A stretch of 8,697 nt of DNA from Fonticula alba ATCC 38817 (Eukaryota > Protista > Nucleariida), in assembly GCA_000388065.2 (NCBI GenBank), contig KB932203.1; one strand, written 5' to 3'. How positions within the stretch are numbered: position 1 is the first letter of the stretch; every line of letters starts with the position of its first letter. Both the position numbers and the translations under genes were made by a program. Positions 1-6,623 of the stretch are shown in pieces. The notes below the pieces were generated by a model. It was not told the origin of the DNA. It worked only from the letters and a program-made list of their open reading frames with translations, and ran no database searches.

Positions 1-467
1 GGGGGGGGGGCGAGGCCATCTTGGTGTCGGCGGAGGGGTGGGCATCTGGCGAAGGTCTCTGGGCGCGCCCTCTTGTCACGCGGACGACTGGGCCGAGTGC
101 TGCCGCCGCGCCGGCGCATGCCAGCATCACCGGTTCACGGGGCTCCCGGCCGAAAGGCCTTGCATGGTCCCGTCGCCAGGGCAGGGGCAAGTGCGCTGCT
201 GGGCATGCACTCGAAGGCCGGTGTGACGGCCTGTGGCCAGGGCACATGTATGGCGGCGGGTCCTTTGGAAAGCCCCCGATGGGGCCCGCGGCGAGACCGA
301 GCGAGGCAGCTCGCGAGACGGTCTCGACCCCCATGCCACAGGGCCGCCGTTGCTGCGGGAAGGCGAAACATTGTGAGTCTCACCTCTGTGACCGGGGGGC
401 GTCCTGCCCCATGGTTTCCCCGGGGGGAGGAGGGGCTCCGCGATGCCCAGCCCCAGGGCCTCCGAGG
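1..467 (+). repeat. Direct repeat copy 1 (467 bp, identical to 4404-4870)
   Basis: Base-by-base match at offset 4403, from G10-CGAGGCCATCTTGG through GGCCTCCGAGG. Bounded by the window start. Confidence 0.97.
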
Positions 468-894
468 ATCGGGCCAGGGGGATGTTACCCGTGTCCGGGG
501 TTGCTCATGCTTGCTGGTGAGAAAGCAGGAAGGGGGGCACCTTTGTCTGCCATTGGATGTCACAAACGTGTGCAACACAGGTCCGAAGGCATTGGCGTGC
601 CCGGGCCCAGCGCAAGAGCGTGCACAGCAAAGCCCTTCCCCCCCCCGGCCCGGGACGTCTCGGCGGGATCTCTCCCTTTTCGGGCAAGGTGAGGCCCGAG
701 CCGAGCTCACTTGTGAATAGAGCACCCCCGGGCATGTGCCCGGGTGAGCTGCCCTCGCTCGGACCTTGGCGGAGCCTGCTTCCTTTGCGCGAGGAGGAGG
801 CACATCGGCCCGTTCTTCCGGCGGCCCCCGGCGGAGAAACGGCGATCGGGGTGAAATCCGCGGGTGGGTTGTCGCTGTCGAGCGGGCGGGTGTG

Positions 895-1854
895 CTAATG
901 CCCACGAAGGTGGGCTCGTCCGGCACGCCAAGGAGCACGAGGGCGATGGCGAGCCTCGGAACCCCTTCTTGCCAGGCGGTCGAGAGGCGGGAGCGGCGGC
1001 CAGAGAGCATGCCCCACGGTGTCCGGGGAGATTGGCAGGGCCTCGCCGGCGCAGGGCTGGCAGCTGCCCCGGGCGGCATGGTCCTTTCTCGAAGAGCGGC
1101 AGGGGCCTCTCGGACCATCGGCAGTCGGATGCGGCGTTGGAGTTGCCCGCGGGGCATCGTGGGGCCGGTATTGTGTGTGTGACATTGCGCTCGGGCCGGG
1201 CGGAGCAGGCCATGTTCGTCCTTGCCGCTGCCGTCGTCGTTGGCGGGGCGTGTTGACGCCCTTGCCCACCAGCGGCGGTCGGCCAACTCTTCCGGCGGCG
1301 GAGGGGGGGGGGGGACCACAGGAAGAGGGGGGGCTTGTGTCGGCTTTCAGGCACATCGGCCTGGGGCTGTTCCCTCGTCCCGGCTCGCCGCCGCCGCCCC
1401 CCCTGCTATCCGGGCGGGCCAGCACGGGGGCGGGGTGGGAGTTGCTGATTCCCGAGGGGGGCACTGGCCCCTGGTGAAAGATCCACGCGGGCGGCCGACC
1501 CCTCTCCTCGACCAACCACCCCCTGCTTGTTGTCTGGTGGACGCGTGCGAGTCCCTCGTTCCCGGCCCCGACGATGCGCATCCGGGAATGACTGGCCTGC
1601 GTGACCCCCCTCGCTCGGGCTGAGGCGCCCCGCGGGCTCTTGATGGGCAGCACTGCTGAAGGGGGGTCGCCAGGAGGCGCGAGCAACAGGCCCTCCGGCG
1701 ATGGTATACCCATAACCGGGGGGAGGGCAGGGAGCAAAGGCGCAAGTTGCCTCTGTGGCTGTTTGTGCGGGCCTCCAAAAAGGGTGTCAAGCCACCGGTC
1801 GCGGTGCCTGTCTTCGTGTCCGGCCAACCGTGTTCCTGGTGCGGGCGCACGCAA
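895..1854 (-). CDS. Hypothetical low-complexity Pro/Gly/Arg-rich protein segment
   Basis: 319-codon open frame with mostly G/C third positions, while the plus frame sharing those third positions is broken by stops. No domain recognised; true start and exon limits unknown. Confidence 0.3.
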   Translation of the reverse strand: MRAPAPGTRLAGHEDRHRDRWLDTLFGGPHKQPQRQLAPLLPALPPVMGIPSPEGLLLAPPGDPPSAVLPIKSPRGASARARGVTQASHSRMRIVGAGNEGLARVHQTTSRGWLVEERGRPPAWIFHQGPVPPSGISNSHPAPVLARPDSRGGGGGEPGRGNSPRPMCLKADTSPPSSCGPPPPSAAGRVGRPPLVGKGVNTPRQRRRQRQGRTWPAPPGPSAMSHTQYRPHDAPRATPTPHPTADGPRGPCRSSRKDHAARGSCQPCAGEALPISPDTVGHALWPPLPPLDRLARRGSEARHRPRAPWRAGRAHLRGH

Positions 1855-1957
1855 TCATGTCCCTCGATGATGGGAAGTACTGTCCAGGCGGAGGCCCTCC
1901 TATGCACGGTGTTCATTGGTTGGCGAAATGCCCAAGATCCGGGTCTGCGAGTCGCCC

Positions 1958-1991
1958 TGTGTGTGTGTGCGTGTGTGTGTGTGCGTGTGTG
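1958..1991 (+). repeat. Interrupted (TG)n microsatellite at contig end
   Basis: tgtgtgtgtgtgcgtgtgtgtgtgtgcgtgtgtg, then N. Confidence 0.95.
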
Positions 1992-2001
1992 NNNNNNNNN
2001 N
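1992..2001. other. Assembly gap (10 N)
   Basis: Run of N directly after a GT microsatellite. Confidence 1.
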
Positions 2002-2054
2002 GGTGGCAGATCACACTGGTACCCTTCGTCAAGCCTCACTCACTTGACTTAGGC

Positions 2055-2178
2055 TTAACCCGTGTGAACCCTGCTACATTACGCCACATTACACGTGATA
2101 TTGTTACAAAATGTTCCTTACCAAGAGCCGAGTTGACGCCACCAGATTCCCAGTCGGCTCGTGCGGTACACGGGTTAA
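2055..2178. mobile_element. Putative piggyBac-type MITE (116 bp body 2059-2174, TTAA flanks)
   Basis: TTAA(2055-2058)-CCCGTGT ... ACACGGG-TTAA(2175-2178): 7-bp perfect TIR starting CCC, with TTAA on both sides. About 53% GC against about 68% in the coding flank. No coding capacity. Confidence 0.5.
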
Positions 2179-2193
2179 CTATCCTCTGATCAG

Positions 2194-2272
2194 TTAATCG
2201 TCCTCACTGTCCAGGTTCTTCCAGTCCCTCTTACTGTACCCCACGGCAACTAGGCCCCCGTGCTCTGGTCTA

Positions 2273-2328
<56 letters not shown>

Positions 2329-2532
2329 TCGTCCTGGCTCGGGCGCACTTTTAACCTTTCGGCCCGTGTCCGTGTTGCTGGCGGCGCACAAAGCGAACCG
2401 CCCAAGATCCTGCCAAGGCCCGCAGTGACCGATTACCCGCGGTAGAGGCAACTTACATTCGTCTCCCCTCCCATCGTCGGGCTTTCGGAAGGACCTCGCA
2501 ATGGGTGATGTCCGCCGGGCTTCGGGGTCCAT
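2194..2532 (-). CDS. Possible small protein or last exon(s) with an ER repeat and acidic C-terminus
   Basis: Open frame through the GA repeat, ending ...GLVAVGYSKRDWKNLDSEDD*, followed by AT-richer UTR-like DNA. An internal GTAAGT donor-like site lies at about 2456. No homology recognised. Confidence 0.2.
2276..2325 (+). repeat. (CT)25 microsatellite
   Basis: Perfect CT dinucleotide run of 50 nt. Confidence 0.98.
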
Positions 2533-3045
2533 TGAAGCAAGTCCCGGAGCAGCGATCAGGCGGCCGGTTATGGGGCTCGCAGTGTCCGACAGATGGGGAC
2601 CCCGTGTGTATTATTGTGCCTCAAAGTCGCGCCAAGTCGCATGTTATTTTGTCATGTCCCCGGTTCGGGCCCCCTTCCTCGAGGGACATCAATCCCGCGA
2701 GGGGCCCCGCTGCCCGGCCGATGCAGACGCACTTGCGAGCATCTGGATGTCCCTGCTTCCCCAGGGGCCGTGTATTTGTGTGGACGGGTGTCTCCTCCCT
2801 ATACCGAGTCGAAGCCTGCGCCGAAGGGGCGACAGTTCCCCGGGGCACGCGCGGGGGGAACTGGCCACCGGTCTGCCAAGCTGCCTGGAGGAGCACGAGC
2901 CGCACCCACGAGAGGGGCTCGGGGAAATGGGTCGGCCACCGGCCAGCACGCGATACTTTCCGCCTCCGCCGGCCCCCCCTCCCCCTCCCCGTGCGCGCGG
3001 GGACAACCCCTGCCGGATGGGTTTGATGAGGGTGGCGTCGGTGGA

Positions 3046-3052
3046 TATAAAG
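3046..3052 (+). promoter_or_regulatory. TATA-like box
   Basis: TATAAAG in GC-rich DNA, 441 bp upstream of ATG 3487, followed by A/T runs and a C/T-rich leader. Confidence 0.3.
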
Positions 3053-3486
3053 GGCAGCCTGCCTAGCCCGGACCCGAGGAGGCCGTGCATCCTTTAGATT
3101 GACAAAAATTCCCCGGCATTTTTTTTTCCTCGTGCGCTCCCGCCACCCTTCTTCACGCGCTTGTCGCTTGGCCTGCCACGAGTCCCTCCCTGGCACCTGC
3201 GTGCAGCAGCGTCCCGCCAAGCTCGTTGCGCCGCGCTTTTTTACAGGGAGGCAGTGGCAGATTTCTGGGCTGCTTTCTGCGCACCCTCTCGGCGCGCCTT
3301 GCTTCGCGAGCCCTGCTCTGATCCTTCGCCGCGCCTGAACCTTGCCCCGGGTGCGGGGTGGCTCGGTGAATGGCTTCCTTGTCGCCTGCTTTCCTCCTCG
3401 CTCGGACTGACTCCGTCACCGTGCCTTTCTTCGTGTGCCTCCTCTCGCGCAAAGACAGCACCCTCCTCCCATCTTTGTACGTCACC

Positions 3487-3786
3487 ATGAACAAGAGCCA
3501 TGGTACTCAGGAGTCTCCCAAGCAGCAAAAGCAGCCCCAGGGGCAGCAGCAGCAGCAACAGCATATCCAGCACCCGCTCGGACAGGATCCAGCGCAGCGG
3601 ACAGCCCCCGCGGCTGAGGGCGAGCCCCGCTCGCTGAAGCACCCGGGCCGTCTGCCGGGGACGGCCGCCGGCAAGCCCACCAGCAAGCCCGCTGCCGGTC
3701 GCCCTCAGGCAGGCCAAAGCCCCCAGGCATCGGGGGCGTGCCGCCGGGATCAGGATGACCCGGAGTACTGTCCGGGCCTGGCCTAG
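3487..3786 (+). CDS. Hypothetical Q/P/A-rich disordered protein (99 aa) or first exon of a longer gene
   Basis: caccATGa context after a long pyrimidine-rich leader and an upstream TATAAA. GC3-rich codons; MNKSHGTQESPKQQKQPQGQQQQQQH. No recognisable domain. Confidence 0.4.
   Translation: MNKSHGTQESPKQQKQPQGQQQQQQHIQHPLGQDPAQRTAPAAEGEPRSLKHPGRLPGTAAGKPTSKPAAGRPQAGQSPQASGACRRDQDDPEYCPGLA
3544..3561 (+). repeat. CAG/CAA tract encoding Q6
   Basis: (cag)4 caa cag, in frame with the ATG at 3487. Confidence 0.85.
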
Positions 3787-4357
3787 AGGCATTCGGAGTG
3801 CGGCCCTCCGCGGAAGATCCGGGTATCCGCCCCCACCCCCCGAGGCCGGGTCTCGCGCCCAGGTCGTGGCCCCTCCTCCGGGACCAAAAGGCGACTCAGG
3901 TCTGCCTTCTCGCCGATTGAAGGGCGGACCGGGCGCCTTTTTGTCCTGCTGTCCGGGGATCCATCTCCTGGCTGAGGAACATCTGGCAGACGTCAGACCG
4001 GGGCCCGGCTCGATGGATTTCTCTGCCCCTCCTTTGCAGGGGTGCCCACCCTGGCCGTGCGAGCCCGGAGAGGGCCGGGGGAAGCCGATTTCCAGCACTC
4101 CAGTGGCCAGCGCCATCTTGTGTGTCCCGTGTCCAGACCTCAATCCCGAGGGCCCGTCGACATTGCCCTCCTCCGAGGAGGCCTCTTCTCGCCTCGGTCC
4201 CCTACCTCCCCCGGAGTGGTGTGCGAGGTTGTACGAGAGACCATACACGTGTCCAGGCCAGATACATCAAATTGTTTGTTGGTTCCCTGGCCAATGGAGG
4301 CCGGGCATCTGGCCGCCGGTGTTGGCTGATGGATCGAGTGTGAACCCCGGTGATTGA
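3755..4357 (+). CDS. Hypothetical Pro/Ser-rich coding segment, possibly exon(s) downstream of the 3487 ORF
   Basis: 200-codon open frame with GC3 bias in 4085-4350. A strong acceptor-like tttctctgcccctcctttgcag| at 4039 lies in phase 0 with this frame. No domain recognised. Confidence 0.25.
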   Translation: MTRSTVRAWPRGIRSAALRGRSGYPPPPPEAGSRAQVVAPPPGPKGDSGLPSRRLKGGPGAFLSCCPGIHLLAEEHLADVRPGPGSMDFSAPPLQGCPPWPCEPGEGRGKPISSTPVASAILCVPCPDLNPEGPSTLPSSEEASSRLGPLPPPEWCARLYERPYTCPGQIHQIVCWFPGQWRPGIWPPVLADGSSVNPGD

Positions 4358-4755
4358 TGCTGACGTGGGGATTCATCGGCCGAGTGTTTGGGCCTTGGAG
4401 CAGGGGGGGGGGGCGAGGCCATCTTGGTGTCGGCGGAGGGGTGGGCATCTGGCGAAGGTCTCTGGGCGCGCCCTCTTGTCACGCGGACGACTGGGCCGAG
4501 TGCTGCCGCCGCGCCGGCGCATGCCAGCATCACCGGTTCACGGGGCTCCCGGCCGAAAGGCCTTGCATGGTCCCGTCGCCAGGGCAGGGGCAAGTGCGCT
4601 GCTGGGCATGCACTCGAAGGCCGGTGTGACGGCCTGTGGCCAGGGCACATGTATGGCGGCGGGTCCTTTGGAAAGCCCCCGATGGGGCCCGCGGCGAGAC
4701 CGAGCGAGGCAGCTCGCGAGACGGTCTCGACCCCCATGCCACAGGGCCGCCGTTG
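4267..4755 (-). CDS. Candidate terminal exon of a hypothetical minus-strand gene (partial copy at 1-352)
   Basis: Acceptor-like tttcgccttcccgcag| at 4756 (minus strand) opens the frame just after an in-frame TGA. GC3-biased codons (MGVETVSRAASLGLAAGPIGGFPKDPPPY...); stop at 4267-4269. Confidence 0.25.
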   Translation of the reverse strand, partial: QRRPCGMGVETVSRAASLGLAAGPIGGFPKDPPPYMCPGHRPSHRPSSACPAAHLPLPWRRDHARPFGREPREPVMLACAGAAAALGPVVRVTRGRAQRPSPDAHPSADTKMASPPPPAPRPKHSADESPRQHQSPGFTLDPSANTGGQMPGLHWPGNQQTI

Positions 4756-4870
4756 CTGCGGGAAGGCGAAACATTGTGAGTCTCACCTCTGTGACCGGGG
4801 GGCGTCCTGCCCCATGGTTTCCCCGGGGGGAGGAGGGGCTCCGCGATGCCCAGCCCCAGGGCCTCCGAGG
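4404..4870 (+). repeat. Direct repeat copy 2 (identical to 1-467; runs into the N gap)
   Basis: Same sequence as 1-467. It ends exactly at the contig end (4870). Confidence 0.97.
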
Positions 4871-5637
4871 NNNNNNNNNNNNNNNNNNNNNNNNNNNNNN
4901 NNNNNNNNNNNNNNNNNNNNNNNNNNNNNNNNNNNNNNNNNNNNNNNNNNNNNNNNNNNNNNNNNNNNNNNNNNNNNNNNNNNNNNNNNNNNNNNNNNNN
5001 NNNNNNNNNNNNNNNNNNNNNNNNNNNNNNNNNNNNNNNNNNNNNNNNNNNNNNNNNNNNNNNNNNNNNNNNNNNNNNNNNNNNNNNNNNNNNNNNNNNN
5101 NNNNNNNNNNNNNNNNNNNNNNNNNNNNNNNNNNNNNNNNNNNNNNNNNNNNNNNNNNNNNNNNNNNNNNNNNNNNNNNNNNNNNNNNNNNNNNNNNNNN
5201 NNNNNNNNNNNNNNNNNNNNNNNNNNNNNNNNNNNNNNNNNNNNNNNNNNNNNNNNNNNNNNNNNNNNNNNNNNNNNNNNNNNNNNNNNNNNNNNNNNNN
5301 NNNNNNNNNNNNNNNNNNNNNNNNNNNNNNNNNNNNNNNNNNNNNNNNNNNNNNNNNNNNNNNNNNNNNNNNNNNNNNNNNNNNNNNNNNNNNNNNNNNN
5401 NNNNNNNNNNNNNNNNNNNNNNNNNNNNNNNNNNNNNNNNNNNNNNNNNNNNNNNNNNNNNNNNNNNNNNNNNNNNNNNNNNNNNNNNNNNNNNNNNNNN
5501 NNNNNNNNNNNNNNNNNNNNNNNNNNNNNNNNNNNNNNNNNNNNNNNNNNNNNNNNNNNNNNNNNNNNNNNNNNNNNNNNNNNNNNNNNNNNNNNNNNNN
5601 NNNNNNNNNNNNNNNNNNNNNNNNNNNNNNNNNNNNN
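4871..5637. other. Assembly gap (767 N)
   Basis: Run of N. Confidence 1.
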
Positions 5638-5951
5638 CTGGAGGGTGTTAGGCCGCCCGTCGCCGAGGGGTCCGGCCTGCGGGCGGATCTCAGGGGAGGA
5701 GGGCGGTCAGTTGGGCGGCCGGCTGCCTGTGCGAGGGCCAGCGGGCGCTCCCGGCGGCCCGGGCGCGCATCCACCGCTCATGCCACGGAGTGCCAACGTG
5801 GCGGCGAGTGCTCGGGCCAAGGGCAGAGAGCAGCCAACAGGTGGCCATGCCTCGTCCACAGGGAGGGGCACGGGCGCCGGGCAGCCGGCGAGATCACGGA
5901 CCCGAGGGTCAACGCGACGCCACGAGGCGGGCCGCATCATCACCATGCAGG

Positions 5952-5980
5952 GTGCGTGTGTGCGTGTGTGTGTGTGTGTG
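5952..5980 (+). repeat. Interrupted (GT)n microsatellite
   Basis: gtgcgtgtgtgcgtgtgtgtgtgtgtgtg. Confidence 0.95.
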
Positions 5981-6312
5981 CCTGCATGTCCCCCGAGGCT
6001 GCCGGCGCGGATCTCGGTTTGTTTACACGAGTGGCCGGGGTGGTTCCCAGAGATCCACGAGCGCGAGTGCGGATATCTGTCTAAGAGTTGTTCGAAGCCC
6101 CGGATGCGGCGCCAGGCGCACGCCCACGGGCCGATCATCAAGGGGATCATCTGCTCGAAGGGGGGCTCCCCGTGGAGGAGGGGGGCGAGGTGGCGGCGGG
6201 CGATGGGGCGCCTGTCATGGTTCCCGAGTGCATGCCCAGGGATGGGGGCATGGGGGATCAAGCTCGCGTGGTGCCTCCTTCCCCGGCGGCTTCCGGCCCC
6301 CGCGAAAGGAGC

Positions 6313-6318
6313 TATAAG
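6313..6318 (+). promoter_or_regulatory. TATA-like box
   Basis: TATAAG 194 bp upstream of ATG 6507, followed by a C/T-rich leader (about 6393-6470). Confidence 0.3.
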
Positions 6319-6506
6319 TGTGTGCTCGATGCCGGCTCCAAGTGGAGGCAAACCTCTTTCCATCCGCCTCCGCGCCCGAGTAAATCGTCGGCCTGCTTTT
6401 CTTCCCTGCCCTCCCCCCCCCCTCTTCCCCCTCTCCACATCCCGCGCTTCGGGGCTTCCATTTCTCCCCGGGTCCTGGTGGCCTCGTGTGGTGCTTCGCC
6501 AATACC

Positions 6507-6623
6507 ATGGTCCAGCGCCCGGGCCGGCGACGCCGAGCCGCGGCGGTCCCCTATCGGCTGCTGCTGAGCATGGGGCTGCTCTTCGCGGGCCTCTTGGCAG
6601 ATGCCCCTGCCGGGGTCCGGGCC
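6507..6623 (+). other. Predicted signal peptide (about aa 1-39, cleavage near GVRA|T)
   Basis: MVQRPGRRRRAAAVPYRLLLSMGLLFAGLLADAPAGVRA has a basic n-region, a hydrophobic h-region and a small-residue c-region. Judged by eye, not predicted with a tool. Confidence 0.7.

Noticed and set aside
704-750. Hairpin CCCGGGCA-tg-TGCCCGGG with outer AGCTCAC/GTGAGCT arms
   Set aside because: Stems of this length are expected by chance in DNA this GC-rich, and there is no associated feature.
2002-2010. GGTGGCAGA resembling a tRNA-Leu primer-binding site (TGGTGGCAGCG)
   Set aside because: Only an 8-nt match, the first base is hidden by N, and the upstream DNA is a microsatellite rather than an LTR end.
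2095-2189. Box C/D snoRNA (GTGATAT ... CTGA)
   Set aside because: Box C has two mismatches to RUGAUGA, there is no terminal stem, and I recognise no rRNA guide.
2236-2262. HGGLVAVGY resembling the papain-family catalytic His motif
   Set aside because: No following NSWG motif and no QxxxGSCW region; the context is a microsatellite ORF.
4266-4289. IKLFVGSL resembling RRM RNP2
   Set aside because: The frame stops 18 codons later with no RNP1 and no convincing splice donor.
1-4870. Autonomous LTR retrotransposon between the direct repeats
   Set aside because: No gag, protease, RT, RNase H or integrase motifs in any frame, no TG...CA ends, and the G-run at 4403 is not followed by TG.
5945-5957. 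caccATG-CAG-G|GTGCGT as an upstream micro-exon of the 6507 gene
   Set aside because: The phase-1 donor is incompatible with the first available acceptor (6515, phase 0), and 6507 already provides a good start and signal peptide.
1958-5980. The two interrupted GT microsatellites as an overlap joining contig 1 to contig 3
   Set aside because: The flanks and the positions of the C interruptions differ.
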